NCBI GenBank assembly: GCA_963765205.1 | Contig: CAVXVB010000005.1 | Span: forward strand, 1-64,000 | DNA: 64,000 bases | DNA from: an uncultured Verrucomicrobiae bacterium | GTDB taxonomy: Bacteria > Verrucomicrobiota > Verrucomicrobiia > Opitutales > JABDGR01 | Direction of reading: 5' to 3' | Shown: piece by piece, positions 37,452 to 49,120 of the stretch | Numbering within the stretch: position 1 is the stretch's first letter | Layout of the letters: each line of letters opens with the position of its first letter | Program-made: the position numbers and the translations under genes | The notes under the pieces: model-generated | What the model was told of the DNA's origin: nothing | Databases searched by the model: none | What the model saw: only the letters and a program-made list of their open reading frames with translations

Positions 37452-40166
37452 ATGAACACTGACACCAACAAGCCTTCTGCGCCCGAATCAAAGAACGATG
37501 CGCCCAAAGAATCGAAGCCCAAGGCCCCCGAATTGAAACCGGGAGCGAAGCCCGATGCCAAGGCCGCCCCGCAGGACGATTTGAAAACGCTGCCTTTACC
37601 CGAAGTGGAGAAAAAATTGCAGTCGTCTCCAGACGGCCTCACTCAAGCTGAGGCGGTAAAGCGGCTGGCTCAATATGGACCGAACGAAATTGAAGAGAAG
37701 AAGACTAACCTGTTCCTAAAATTCCTCACTTATTTTTGGGGTCCCATTCCATGGATGATTGAAATCGCGGTGATTCTGTCGGGTGTGGTCCGGCATTGGC
37801 CGGATTTTTTCATCATCCTCGTTTTGCTTGTTTCCAACGCCGTGGTCGGATTCTGGGAAGAACGCGCGGCGGGCAATGCCATCGAAGCCCTGAAGGCCAA
37901 GCTGGCGATCAAGGCCCGGGTGAAACGAGACGGCAAGTGGCTCAACCCACCAGCGCGGGAACTCGTGCCGGGCGATGTCATCCGTATGCGACTGGGCGAC
38001 ATTGTGCCGGCGGATGCGCGCCTGCTGGATGGCGATGAGATTTCTGTGGATCAGTCCGCACTTACTGGTGAATCGTTGCCGACCACGCGCAAACCCGGCG
38101 AAGCGGTGTTTTCCGGTTCAATCATTCGCCGGGGTGAGATCGGCGCCTTGGTCTATGCCACGGGTGGAAAGACTTACTTCGGCAAGACGGCGCAATTAGT
38201 GCAGGACGCGCATACCGTAAGCCACTTTCAAAAAGCGGTTTTGAAGATCGGTAATTACCTTATCATTCTCGCGGTGGCTTTGGTGGCGGTGATTATCACC
38301 GTCGCGATCTTCCGCGGCGACCCCATCCTCACTACGTTGCAATTTGCCCTGGTGTTGACCGTGGCCGCGATCCCGGTGGCGATGCCGACGGTGTTGTCGG
38401 TGACGATGGCTGTCGGCGCGCGCCTGCTCGCCAAGAAACAGGCGATTGTCAGCAAGTTAGTGGCCATCGAGGAATTGGCGGGGGTGGACGTGTTATGCGC
38501 GGACAAGACCGGCACTCTGACCCAGAACAAATTGACGCTGGGCGACCCGTTCAGCGTGAACAATATTCCCGCCGAGCAAGTCATCCTCAACGGCGCGCTG
38601 GCGTCGCGCGCGGATAACAATGACACCATTGATCTGGCCGTGCTGGGTGGCCTGAAAGACAAGGATGCCATGAAGGGCTATCAGGTGCTCCACTTCCAGC
38701 CCTTCGATCCGGTGCATAAACGCACCGAGGCTACCATCAAGGGCTCGGACGGCAAAGAATTCAAGGTGTCAAAAGGTGCGCCGCAGGTGATTTTGCAGTT
38801 GTCGGCCAACGCCGGCCAAGTGAAGAACGCCGTTGACAATGCTGTCAACGAATTCGCGGCGCGCGGCTTTCGTTCGCTGGGCGTCGCGCGAGCCGGTGGA
38901 GACGGCCAATGGCAATTTCTGGGAGTGCTGCCCTTATTTGACCCGCCTCGTGAAGATGCCAAGGCCACCATCGCAACTGCGCTGGCCATGGGGGTAAAGG
39001 TCAAGATGGTGACGGGAGATGCATTGGCCATCGCCAAAGAAACCGCCCAAAAGTTGAACATGGGCGCAAATATCCTCGACGCCGCCGGCCTGGGTGACTC
39101 GAAGCATGATGAGACGGCGGCGGTGGCCGAGTCCATTGAAAAAGCGGACGGTTTCGCCCAGGTGTTCCCCGAGCACAAATACCACATTGTGGATGTGCTG
39201 CAAAAACGCGGCCACATCGTCGGCATGACGGGCGACGGGGTGAACGACGCCCCGGCCTTGAAGAAAGCCGATTGCGGCATCGCCGTTTCGGGCGCGACGG
39301 ACGCGGCGCGCGCCGCCGCCGCCATCGTGCTGCTGACGCCCGGCCTGTCGGTGATTATTGATGCGATCAAGGAGAGCCGGCGCATCTTTCAACGGATGAA
39401 CAGCTACGCGATTTACCGCATCGCCGAAACGCTGCGCGTGCTGTTCTTTATGACCCTGGCGATCCTGGTGTTTAACTTTTATCCCCTGACGGCGGTGATG
39501 ATCGTAATGCTGGCATTGCTCAACGACGGCGCCATCCTGTCCATCGCGTATGACAACGTTCACTACAAGGATAAGCCCGAGGCGTGGAACATGCGCATGG
39601 TGCTGGGAGTCTCCACGGTGCTGGGGGTGATCGGAGTCGTCTCTGCATTCGGTTTGTTTTATCTCGGTGAGCGCGTGTTTAAACTCGACCGTGCGCACAT
39701 TCAGACTCTGATGTATTTGAAACTGTCCGTGGCGGGACATTTGACAATTTTCCTCACTCGCACGCGCGGCCCCTTCTGGTCCATCCGCCCGGCCAAGACT
39801 TTATGGATCGCCGTGCTCGGCACGCAAATCGTGGCGACACTGATCGCCGTTTATGGACTTTTTATGACCCCACTTGGCTGGGGTTGGGCCGCGTTTGTTT
39901 GGGTTTATGCGCTGGCCTGGTTTCTCGTGAATGACCGTTTGAAACTGCTCGCCTATCGGATTTTCGATCCAGTGAAAGCCCCGGCCCCGACCGATTTGAC
40001 GCCGCAAATCGCCCGGCAAGCTTATGCACTCTATGAGCAACAGGGCCACCACGAAGGCCACGCCGTAGAGAATTGGCTGCAGGCGGAGCAAAAGATCCGA
40101 AAAGATGAGTCCCCGCAGCAAGCCGACGTGAAACCAACGGTGGTTACGACGAAAGGATCAAAATGA
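37452..40166 (+). CDS. Plasma-membrane-type (P3A) proton-efflux P-type ATPase with DUF2934-like tail
   Basis: [55 protein letters not shown]. Confidence 0.93.
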   Translation: MNTDTNKPSAPESKNDAPKESKPKAPELKPGAKPDAKAAPQDDLKTLPLPEVEKKLQSSPDGLTQAEAVKRLAQYGPNEIEEKKTNLFLKFLTYFWGPIPWMIEIAVILSGVVRHWPDFFIILVLLVSNAVVGFWEERAAGNAIEALKAKLAIKARVKRDGKWLNPPARELVPGDVIRMRLGDIVPADARLLDGDEISVDQSALTGESLPTTRKPGEAVFSGSIIRRGEIGALVYATGGKTYFGKTAQLVQDAHTVSHFQKAVLKIGNYLIILAVALVAVIITVAIFRGDPILTTLQFALVLTVAAIPVAMPTVLSVTMAVGARLLAKKQAIVSKLVAIEELAGVDVLCADKTGTLTQNKLTLGDPFSVNNIPAEQVILNGALASRADNNDTIDLAVLGGLKDKDAMKGYQVLHFQPFDPVHKRTEATIKGSDGKEFKVSKGAPQVILQLSANAGQVKNAVDNAVNEFAARGFRSLGVARAGGDGQWQFLGVLPLFDPPREDAKATIATALAMGVKVKMVTGDALAIAKETAQKLNMGANILDAAGLGDSKHDETAAVAESIEKADGFAQVFPEHKYHIVDVLQKRGHIVGMTGDGVNDAPALKKADCGIAVSGATDAARAAAAIVLLTPGLSVIIDAIKESRRIFQRMNSYAIYRIAETLRVLFFMTLAILVFNFYPLTAVMIVMLALLNDGAILSIAYDNVHYKDKPEAWNMRMVLGVSTVLGVIGVVSAFGLFYLGERVFKLDRAHIQTLMYLKLSVAGHLTIFLTRTRGPFWSIRPAKTLWIAVLGTQIVATLIAVYGLFMTPLGWGWAAFVWVYALAWFLVNDRLKLLAYRIFDPVKAPAPTDLTPQIARQAYALYEQQGHHEGHAVENWLQAEQKIRKDESPQQADVKPTVVTTKGSK

Positions 40167-41026
40167 AAATCCGGTCAAAAAATTTCCGCGTGCCGCCCGA
40201 AAAAGAGGTTAAACTCACAGAGTGGCCGACAAAGGTGAAGCCCTTTTTCAAATCGAAGAAGCAGTATCAAAAAATTCTAAGCGAACACGTCGAGGGGTTG
40301 AGTTCGCTGCAACGCCTGCATTATGCATCCAGTCGCTACGCGCTGCTGCTGATTTTTCAGGGCATGGACTCTGCCGGAAAGGACGGCGCCATCCGTCACG
40401 TCATGTCCGGGGTGAATCCACAAGGCTGTGAGGTCTTCAGCTTCAAACAGCCGAGCGAGGAGGAATTGAAGCACGATTTTCTTTGGCGAGAGACCCGCTG
40501 TTTACCGGAACGCGGGCGAATCGGAATTTTCAATCGCTCCTATTACGAAGAGGTGCTTGTGGCGCGCGTGCACCCGGAGATTCTCCGCCGCCAGGAATTG
40601 CCAGTCAAGTTGCTCGACGAGAAAACGATTTGGGAGAAGCGATTTCGGTCGATCGTGGATTTAGAGAGACATCTTCACCGCAATGGCACACGCGTTATAA
40701 AGTTCTTTCTCCACCTATCAAAAGGCGAACAGCGCAAGCGATTCCGCGAGCGCATTGATGAGCCGGAAAAGAACTGGAAATTCAGCCTTGCGGATATTCA
40801 CGAGCGGAAATACTGGAAGCATTACATGGCGGCTTACGAGTCTTGCCTGCGCGCGACCAGCACGCATCACGCCCCATGGTATGTTGTTCCCGCCGACGAC
40901 AAGGAGAACGCCCGATTGATTGTTTCCCAAATTGTTCTTGATGCGCTTAACGGCCTCAAAATGGCTTATCCCGAGACCACCGCAAAACGCCGACAGGAAT
41001 TGAAAGCCATCCGTAAACAGCTCTGA
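40163..41026 (+). CDS. ppk2: Polyphosphate kinase 2 family
   Basis: [26 protein letters not shown]. Confidence 0.93.
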   Translation: MKIRSKNFRVPPEKEVKLTEWPTKVKPFFKSKKQYQKILSEHVEGLSSLQRLHYASSRYALLLIFQGMDSAGKDGAIRHVMSGVNPQGCEVFSFKQPSEEELKHDFLWRETRCLPERGRIGIFNRSYYEEVLVARVHPEILRRQELPVKLLDEKTIWEKRFRSIVDLERHLHRNGTRVIKFFLHLSKGEQRKRFRERIDEPEKNWKFSLADIHERKYWKHYMAAYESCLRATSTHHAPWYVVPADDKENARLIVSQIVLDALNGLKMAYPETTAKRRQELKAIRKQL

Positions 41027-41199
41027 ATGCAAACGATCTGACATAAGGCAACAGTGCGGCGCATAGTAGGCAGCTTTGACCATCGGAAGGAGTTTCAGTC
41101 CATCTGCAAGCTGGTCGTGCAAAAACTATCTCGAAGCCTCGGCATGAGCACTATATAGCTCTCACGCTGATAGTGGTGAGTTAATCTGAAACACTCCCT

Positions 41200-42396
41200 G
41201 TGGAGCATTCTAATCCCCAATCAAGTTCTTCGACCTTTAGCCGACTTTTGCGCTGCAAAAGGCGGTTTGCGGCGCTTTGGCCGCAAGGCCCAATTGCCCT
41301 CGCCCTCGTGCTGATTGGTGCTGTCAATATTCTCGATGGGTTGAGCATGCCCTGGGCTGTTTTGCAGCAAGTCAGCCCCCTTAACGGAATTGCGGAATCT
41401 CTTTCCGCCCTTGGCGGCACGGTCCAGTGCATCTTGGGTTTGATGCTTGTGCTGGTGAGTTTGGGTCTTTTGTGGCGCTTGGTTTCCGCTTGGATGCTGT
41501 CGCTTTTGTTGCTGGCAATCATGATGGGGGTCAGCGTGGCTGTGCGGCGCTGGGGCTTTGGGCTCGCGCTCCAAGCCATTTTGTTCGCAGCCTTGTTGTG
41601 GGCAAAGCGTAGTTTTCGACGCCGGACTGCCGTGGCCAACCTCGTTTTCTCTATAAGCAGTGTCGTCGGCATAATGGCTTATGGGATCTTTGGCAGTTAT
41701 CTGCTGGGACAGGGCTTTAAGCCGGAGATTCACGACCTGAACACAGCCGCTTATTTCACCGTCACCACCCTCACCACAGTCGCATTTGGCGATATTGTGC
41801 CGGTTACGAACGAGGCACGCTGGTTCGTCGTCTCGCTGGTGGTGATTGGAATCGGTGTGTTTGTTGGCACCATTGCCACGGTGATTGTCCCGAGAATATC
41901 GAGTGAACTTAGCCGCATATTCAATCCAAAGGAAATTATTATGGAACTCAAAGATCATGTCATTCTTGTCGGTCAAGGATCCATTGCGCGAAACACCGCA
42001 GAGGAACTCAAGCGGCGCGGCGTGTCCTTTGTACAAATCGTGGCCACCAAGGTTGGCGCGGACGCACCTGGCCATTTGATCATCGAAGGCGATGCCACCA
42101 CTGATGCCGTCTTGCAAAAAGCCGGCATTCAACATGCCCGCATGGTCATTGCCGCACGGGAAGACGATGGTGAAAATGCTTTCATTTCACTGGGGGCCAA
42201 AGACCTCAATCCAAATGTGCGGGTCATGGCCGTGGCTAGTTCGGCGCTTTCGATGCGACGGTTAAAACTGGCCCGGGCCGATTTGGTGTTTTCGCCTGCC
42301 GCAGTGGGCAGCCGATTGTTGGCCGATCTGGTGGAGGGAGGTCAAATCTCCCCAGAATTTAAGGACTTACTGGAAGGTCACCCCAAAAAGGTTTAA
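41200..42396 (+). CDS. Potassium channel with RCK/TrkA-N domain (Kch-like)
   Basis: TM helices, pore TLTTVAFGD (non-canonical filter), HVILVGQG, GDAT. Confidence 0.8.
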   Translation: MEHSNPQSSSSTFSRLLRCKRRFAALWPQGPIALALVLIGAVNILDGLSMPWAVLQQVSPLNGIAESLSALGGTVQCILGLMLVLVSLGLLWRLVSAWMLSLLLLAIMMGVSVAVRRWGFGLALQAILFAALLWAKRSFRRRTAVANLVFSISSVVGIMAYGIFGSYLLGQGFKPEIHDLNTAAYFTVTTLTTVAFGDIVPVTNEARWFVVSLVVIGIGVFVGTIATVIVPRISSELSRIFNPKEIIMELKDHVILVGQGSIARNTAEELKRRGVSFVQIVATKVGADAPGHLIIEGDATTDAVLQKAGIQHARMVIAAREDDGENAFISLGAKDLNPNVRVMAVASSALSMRRLKLARADLVFSPAAVGSRLLADLVEGGQISPEFKDLLEGHPKKV

Positions 42397-42542
42397 GCCC
42401 ATGAAAATCAGCTTACTGACAGTAAAGGGAAGGGTTCTTGGATTGATAATGCTGCACAATCTGCTGCGAGCCCAAGTGTCTGTCGCAAAAGAAAACCAAT
42501 AATATTTTGAGCTGTGAAAATGCCGAATTTAGGTTGCCAGAA

Positions 42543-44121
42543 GGCAATGTTGCCCAAATCCGGTCAACGGTGGCTTCAATCCGCAATGATGGCATGTAAG
42601 ATGCTGTATTGTAGGACATCATGATGGGAATAAACGATCCGCAGAAGCAACTGTTCAACTACAACGTGGATTTAGACCGTCGGGTGCGGCGGGACAATCC
42701 ACTGCGAGCAATCCGGGAGAAGATCGACTTTGCCTGGGTGCGCGACGAGGTGGCGCACTGCTACGGCTACAATGGGAACGAATCGGTGGACCCGGTCGTG
42801 ATTCTCAAGCTCCTATTTCTGCTTTTCTTCGATGCGGTGAAGAGTGAACGGGAGCTCATGCGCATTGTGCCGGAGCGGCTCGATTATCTATGGTTCCTGG
42901 GCTACGGTCTGGATGACGAGATTCCCGATCATAGCGTCTTGTCCAAGGCGCGGGCGCGCTGGGGCCGCGTGGTGTTCGAGCGACTGTTTGTCCGCACGGT
43001 TTCCCAGTGTGTGGCGCTGGGTCTGGTTGACGGCAAGAAGATCCACATGGACAGCAGCATGGTGGATGCGAACGCTGCGTATGAGTCCTTTGTGGTAACG
43101 TCGCCCGAGTTGGTCAACGCCCTGCGGGCCGCTTACGCGGTCGAGGAGTCCAAGTTTGAAATTGACGAGGAACGCCAATCCCGCCTGCCGAAAAACCGGA
43201 CCAGTTTTTGCCAGACCGATCCAGACGCCACCATTGCCGCCAAGGAGCGGTGCGGCGGCTATTCTGTCGCCAAACCGCGCTACAAAAGCCATCGGGTGGT
43301 GGATGACCAATGCGGCGTCATCACCGCCGTCGAGACCACGCCGGGACACATCTATGATGGGGCCTGCCTGGTGGCGCTGACCGAGCAGCATCACCTCACC
43401 ACCGGCATCGGCGCGCAGACGGTCGTGGCTGACCAGCATTATGGCACCCGCGAAAACATCCGGGCATTACAAGCGCAGGGCATCCGTACCCACATGAAGG
43501 TGATTCGCAACACTGGCCTGACGGACAAGAAAGGCATCTTTCACGCCAGTGACTTCAAGTATGAGCCAGCGACCGACACCTACCGATGTCCCGCCCAACA
43601 AACGCTAACGCGCCGCAGTTACGACCGGTTTCAGCGCGGCTGGCTCTTTCGGCCAGACGCGAGTGTGTGTCGCGCCTGTCCCATCCGGAACCAATGCACC
43701 ACGGCGCGATTGGATGCCCCAACCGGTCGCGTCATCGTTCACCCGGACGGCTACGAACTGGTGGTCAAAGGATGTGCGCAGGCCAACAGTCCCGAAGCCA
43801 AGCGCGACCGACGGCGGCGCATGACGCTGATTGAGGGCAGCTTTGGGCAGGCTTCACAAAACCATCACTTCAAACGCGCCCGCTGGCGGCGACTCTGGCG
43901 CCAGCGCATCCAAGATCACCTCATCGCCGCCGTGCAAAACGTCAAAAAGATACTCCGGCACGGGCCGGAGAACGGCAAATCGACCACAACCAACCCATAC
44001 CCGGCAAGTTCGCCACTTTTTTCGCCGCAGTCACTAACCCTGATCGGTTGGTTTAACAAAATCTTTGCCACACTCTCGCCCGGCTGGAACTGAGTCCGCA
44101 AATCATTCGGGCAACATTGCC
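42543..44121 (+). mobile_element. IS1182-family IS (transposase 42621-44093)
   Basis: 13-bp TIR GGCAATGTTGCCC, AGAA duplication; PDHSVLSKAR, MDSS, TDPDA, ADQHYG, IEGSFG. Confidence 0.92.
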
Positions 44122-44196
44122 AGAAGGTTGCCAAAAATCATGTTTTTTCTTGCATTTTTCAACATTTCAGTGCATCTTGTTTCCAGTTCTAAAACA

Positions 44197-45531
44197 TTAA
44201 CAATCAACTAAGTCCGCGTTATTGAACGACTTAGCTTCGCGGGGGAAATTAAGTTCGAGTCCCTGTTCTCCCACCACTTTCAAAATCGGACAGTCTTGGA
44301 CAACGAGGGACGGCAGTGGATAAACTGCCTCACTTTCAACGGGTTGCGAACCAGATGTTAAGTTTTGAGATTTTTTAGGATGGACATCGATTTCCTTCAA
44401 AACCCCCTTTTGACCACTTTTTAGTGGCTCAGGAAGTGAAACTGGCGCAAGGTTGGGGGTGCCAGCTTTGACGAGGTTTGCCAGCGTTTCGATGCCCTCC
44501 CGCAAGGGGAGTTGGGTGGCGTCGGTGTAGGTCACATCCGTCATCCGCAAGCTTTTGTGCCGGGCGAGTTGCATGATCACGCGGGAGTGAACGCCACGCT
44601 TTTGCAGGTGGCTGATGAAAGTCCGGCGAAAAGTATGAAATCCGGCAGCGCGCCCAAGGTCATCTTGATGCTGAATGCCCGCTTTGGCGAAGTCGCGATG
44701 CAGCGTTTCCATATTAGGCGCACCCTTCCAGAACACCCGAGTTTCGGGCTTGGCGAAGACCGGGCGAGCCGCACGAAACTCCGGCACCAGGTCTTTCAGG
44801 ATGGGAAGCCAGTCGGCCCGGCGGCTCTTGGTTGCCTCGGGGCGCAGGAACAGGCCCGGATTGTCGCCGTCCAGGCGGACATCGGCCCAAATCAAACGGC
44901 TGGCCTCTTTGTGGCGCAGGCCCGTTAAGGCCAAGAGACGATAGAAAAACCGACGGCGAGGCGCAGCCGCGTAGAGCCGGCTTAGCTCATCCTCAGTAAA
45001 TGCGCGGGGACCATCGGAGGACGGCTGCGGCACGCGCAGCTTTTGGAGGTGTTTGAGCGGGTTGGGGGTTTGATAGGTGCGTTCAGCCCAATTGAGAAAG
45101 ACGCGCATGGCGTCGAGGAAATGGTTTTGATAGCGAACGCTGAACCCGTGGTTCGAATTTCGCCAGTCGAGGAGGCTTTTTGGGGTTATATCGCTCAATG
45201 TCTTCCAGCGGCAGTATTTTACGATCTGCGGGAAGCGAAGCCGGAGATTGTTTAAGTAATCCACCGAAACCTCGGATTTGCGTTTCTCCTTCATGAATTC
45301 TTCAAACAATTCCAGGAGAGGCCGCTTCATGGCCGAACGAGTTACCTTGCCTGGGATCAGCCCGGCGTCTTCCTTCTGGGCGTCCTCGTAGGCTTCATTA
45401 AGGCGCTTTTCCGCGACCTCCTTGACGGTGGTATACAGCGCAACCTCGTGGATTTTGGGATTGTCGCCGACGCGGAAGCGGCCGCGGTATTCCCGGCGTT
45501 TGCCCTTTGGTTTGAGTAGAAATTTAAGCAT
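44197..45531 (-). CDS. Tyrosine integrase reading through the att site
   Basis: LTGLRHKE, ATKSRR, FHTFRRTF, LARHKSLRMTDVTY. Confidence 0.92.
   Translation of the reverse strand: MLKFLLKPKGKRREYRGRFRVGDNPKIHEVALYTTVKEVAEKRLNEAYEDAQKEDAGLIPGKVTRSAMKRPLLELFEEFMKEKRKSEVSVDYLNNLRLRFPQIVKYCRWKTLSDITPKSLLDWRNSNHGFSVRYQNHFLDAMRVFLNWAERTYQTPNPLKHLQKLRVPQPSSDGPRAFTEDELSRLYAAAPRRRFFYRLLALTGLRHKEASRLIWADVRLDGDNPGLFLRPEATKSRRADWLPILKDLVPEFRAARPVFAKPETRVFWKGAPNMETLHRDFAKAGIQHQDDLGRAAGFHTFRRTFISHLQKRGVHSRVIMQLARHKSLRMTDVTYTDATQLPLREGIETLANLVKAGTPNLAPVSLPEPLKSGQKGVLKEIDVHPKKSQNLTSGSQPVESEAVYPLPSLVVQDCPILKVVGEQGLELNFPREAKSFNNADLVDC
44253..44276 (+). other. att site (tRNA-Val 3' end copy)
   Basis: GTTCGAGTCCCTGTTCTCCCACCA, one mismatch to the tRNA. 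Confidence 0.9.
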
Positions 45532-45739
45532 AAGATTCACCTTTGCCTTTGGCGATTTGACGTTGGATGTATTTATGCACTTCCGAGGGCAGAACATGGC
45601 GGCCAGCCCCAATTTTGAAGCTGGGCAAATGGCCCTGGCTGATCAGGCGGCGAACCGTTTTGACGCTTTTACGCAGCAGTTTCGCCACCTCTGCTAGAGT
45701 AAGCGGCGGCTCAAAGTTGGTGGGAAGGGGAGTGTTCAT
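45524..45739 (-). CDS. Excisionase-like HTH protein
   Basis: LTLAEVAKLLRKSVKTVRRLISQGHLPSFKIG. Confidence 0.85.
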   Translation of the reverse strand: MNTPLPTNFEPPLTLAEVAKLLRKSVKTVRRLISQGHLPSFKIGAGRHVLPSEVHKYIQRQIAKGKGESYA

Positions 45740-46143
45740 GGTTTGGCTTTGTCTTTTTTGCTTTTGGCTTTCTTGGGGAGAGTGGGCGGTAATTCGAAAT
45801 CAACCGGCACAGCGTTTGGCTCAAGGAAGGTTGTCTCCGCCATCTCATGCTCATCCTTTGCATCTTGCATATTTTCTTCTTCCTCGTGCGCATCATCTAC
45901 GCCAAGCGCGACAGGATCGGCCGTCAAAATGTACACCACCTGACTGCGATTTACTTCAATTCCCAGGGTTTCCGTAGCCCATAGGGCGATTTCACGAAAC
46001 GAGTATCCTTTGTCGCGCATTTTTTGTAATGCGCCTTGGTAGTTACGCAGGTTGATCTTCGGCGGCATGTCTGCCGCGATTTCAAAAGCTTCGTCTGGCG
46101 AAGGCGGCCTCGCATCGCTTTCTTGTTCTTGTTCATTATTCAT
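45736..46143 (-). CDS. Hypothetical HTH-like DNA-binding protein
   Basis: MRDKGYSFREIALW; ATGA overlap with xis. Confidence 0.6.
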   Translation of the reverse strand: MNNEQEQESDARPPSPDEAFEIAADMPPKINLRNYQGALQKMRDKGYSFREIALWATETLGIEVNRSQVVYILTADPVALGVDDAHEEEENMQDAKDEHEMAETTFLEPNAVPVDFELPPTLPKKAKSKKDKAKP

Positions 46144-46212
46144 CGTTTTTATACGATATTAAACAGTCCAGTCGCTTGCAAGCATAAATTTCATCTTTTT
46201 TACGCTCGGCCC

Positions 46213-46265
46213 GGTTGCCGGGTGGACCGCGAGCTCGCGGGGCGGCTACGTTCCACCCGGCAACC
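46213..46265. repeat. 14-bp inverted repeat with internal palindrome
   Basis: GGTTGCCGGGTGGA ... TCCACCCGGCAACC enclosing CCGCGAGCTCGCGG. Confidence 0.75.
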
Positions 46266-46276
46266 CTGCCTCGCTA

Positions 46277-46359
46277 TAGCCCGCCTGACGCAGACCGTGC
46301 ATTATATCGCAAATTGCCCTGGGCGACATAACGCACGGACTGCGCTTAACCGGCGGCTA
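46277..46359. repeat. Long imperfect palindrome, candidate terIS of the IS91 element
   Basis: TAGCCCGCC..GCAGACCGTGCATTATATCGC / GCGACATAACGCACGGACTGCG..GGCGGCTA. Confidence 0.55.
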
Positions 46360-46543
46360 AAACACTTTCCCTTGCCTTTGTGGCTGTGTTCCGTTGGCCT
46401 GATGACAGCCAATCTGTCCCTTGCCGCCTGCGGATTGCCGGTGCTTCGAGGAAATTGACGAGAGTGGATTCCTGGCCCCACGCGCGCTTCTTTGTGAATA
46501 ACTTCCGCTTGATTCATTAGATGCCCATTTGTTCACTTATAGA

Positions 46544-48108
46544 ATGGGGGCCAGTTATCGCGCCAGACGACCGCGGGCTTCGCCTTGGTGGCAATGCCTC
46601 CACGCCTGCCTTGGTGATTTTCTGGCTAACTATCCCACACACTACGAAAAGGCCTCTGGCCCCTTGCGCCCGGTTGTGGCGACCAGTCTGCGCGCTTTTC
46701 TGCGCTGCGGCGACCTCGCCCAAGGCTTTGCCCGCATCCGCTGTGCGGATTGCGCCCACGAATACCTGCTCCCTTCACCTGCAAGAAACGCGGCGCCTGC
46801 CCGTCCTGCCACCAACGGCGCAGCGTGGACGCCGCCCACGTCATCGCCGGCGAAATCTGCGCGCCCGTGCCGCACCGGCAGATCGTCCTGACCGTGCCCC
46901 GCGCCTTGCGCTGGCCCTTCCGGCGCCATCGTGAACACCTCGCCCTGCTCTTCGCCGCCGCGCACGAATCCCTCCTGCTCTGGTTGCGCGAACGCACCGG
47001 CCAGCCCGCCGGCCAAATCGCCACCATCGCCGGCCTCCACACCTTTGGCGATTACCTGGTCTTTCATCCCCACCTGCACATTCTCGCCGCCAACGGGGTG
47101 TTCGACGAATCCGGCGCCTTTCACCTCGCCCCCAGCGGAGGGGGAGCCGACCTCGCCGAACTCTTTCGCCATGCCATCCTGCGCCGGTTCGTGGACGCCG
47201 GCGTCATCGAAGCCTGGCAGGCGCACCGCTTCCTCTCCTGGCGGCACAGCGGTTTTCAAGTGGATGTCGGTGAAGCCCCCCTCGCCGCGGACGATGCCGC
47301 TGGCCGCCAACGCCTGGCCGAATACCTCCTGCGCGCTCCGCTCGCGCTGGACAAGATGCACTGGAACCCCGCCACCCGCTCCGTCCTCTACCGCTCCGCG
47401 CGCAGTTGGCATACCAAGCGCAACTATGAAATCTTCTCCGGGGCCGACTTCGTCGCCGCCCTCGCCGAACACATCCCCGAAAAATCCAACCAACTGATCC
47501 GTTACTATGGCCGCTACAGCAACAAATGCCGGGGCCGCGAGGCGAAGGCCACCGCCGCGCGCGCTCCCTGGGCTGGGGAACGGCCCGCGGCGGTCATTCC
47601 GCCAGCGCCCATCCGCCCCCGCCGACGCACGTGGCGCGCGCTCCTTATCCGCGTGTGGGGAACCGACCCGCTCCGCTGTCCCTGTTGCGGCGGCCAGATG
47701 CAAAATATTGGCCTCATCAAAAAACCCACGGCCATCCGCGATTGGCTCACCCGCCTCGGTCTCTGGGAAGGCATCAGCGCCATCCCTCCCGCCCACGCCC
47801 CGCCGCTGCCCGTCAAAACCATCCTCTGGGGCGTGGACACCTGGGACAGCCGCATCGTGGAATTTGAACCCGGCATGGAAATGGTTGGCCTGCCCGACCG
47901 CCACCGCCAGCACAAATCCCCCGGCGAGCGCTACCGCACCTACCCCCGCGAAGAATGGGACGAGCCGAGTCTGGAAACACACGAGGCCGACGAAAGCCAG
48001 GAGCAACCCTGGCAACCTCCGGCCCAACCGCGTGAAGGCGGCCTGCTCCTCATCTTTGATGGCGACCCGCCGCCCTCGGACGACCTCCCTGTCTTCTGGA
48101 CCGATTAG
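46544..48108 (+). mobile_element. IS91-family Y2 HUH transposase (one frameshift near 46770)
   Basis: LRCGDLAQGFARIRCADC / FTCKKRGACPSC zinc domain, HPHLH HUH motif, RYYGRYSN Y2 motif, C-terminal CPCCGG. Confidence 0.92.
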
Positions 48109-48549
48109 TCGAACCCCGGGTTGCGCCCAAAATCGTCGTCTCAACCCTGAGACGGAGGCGGAGCCAGGCTTGCCCACGGACAAATACCCTTGCCACCCGC
48201 TCACCAACTGCCCATTTTGCGAGCCATGAAGCGGCCATGCATGAAACGACGCTGCTGCAATCTTCATCCCGCTTTATTTGGGGGACTTAACGGGGCCTAT
48301 CCGTCCTCCCCCTTAACCCCCTCCCCCAAACCCAATCAACCCCAAAAGAGCAAATTCCTTTCAGTTTAACCCCCTCCCCCAAACCCAATCAACCCCAAAA
48401 GAGCAAATTCCTTTCAGTAATCAAGGTACTTTGGATGCAAACTGGGCCGGCCCGGATGACGCTGGAGATATTGATAGTGGTGCTTGTTAATATATGCTTT
48501 TTAAAAAAGAGTAAATGAATCCTTCGAATACCGATCTTTAAATCTGACC

Positions 48550-48876
48550 ATGGGCCCCACTTTTGCTTTTCTTGCCTTCCTGAACACCATGTCGCCATTC
48601 GTCGGCTCGATCTGGTGGGGCGCGAAAACAGGAGGGGTTCATGGCGCCTTGATCGGTTTGATTGTTGGATTGGGAATTGGTATAAGTAATTTTTTTGGGA
48701 TTAGAGCGATATACAAGATCTGGTGGCGTTGGTATTCGCGTTGCAGAGAAAAAAACGATTCGATGTATTGGCCTGAGAATGTAGGAAGGCTTTTGTTTAT
48801 TGGGTTATTTTTCTGGACGTTTGTATCCGGTCTTTTTGGACTGTTAATTACAACATTAGTGATTAACGCAGTTTGA
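48550..48876 (+). CDS. Low-GC membrane protein inside the 945-bp spacer
   Basis: Hydrophobic segments, AT-rich codons. Confidence 0.55.
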   Translation: MGPTFAFLAFLNTMSPFVGSIWWGAKTGGVHGALIGLIVGLGIGISNFFGIRAIYKIWWRWYSRCREKNDSMYWPENVGRLLFIGLFFWTFVSGLFGLLITTLVINAV

Positions 48877-49120
48877 AATGAACCCACGCGCCAACCATAA
48901 CTGGGACAACTACATCCAGAAGTCTAGCGGGAGCACGATGCTGGACCAGGACCGGGAGTCGTCGGTGTTCAACCAGTTGGTGGCGGTGTACAACACGGGG
49001 ACGCCGATAGACGTGGATTACGACGCGGGGGGGCACCTGATCCTCGCGCCGGCGGGCGGGAACTGGAGCACGCTTTTGGGCCTCATCTACGACGCGTAAA
49101 TGAACCCACGCGCCAACCAT
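48876..49120 (+). repeat. 23-bp direct repeat flanking a 199-bp high-GC insert
   Basis: AAATGAACCCACGCGCCAACCAT at 48876-48898 and 49098-49120. Confidence 0.9.
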
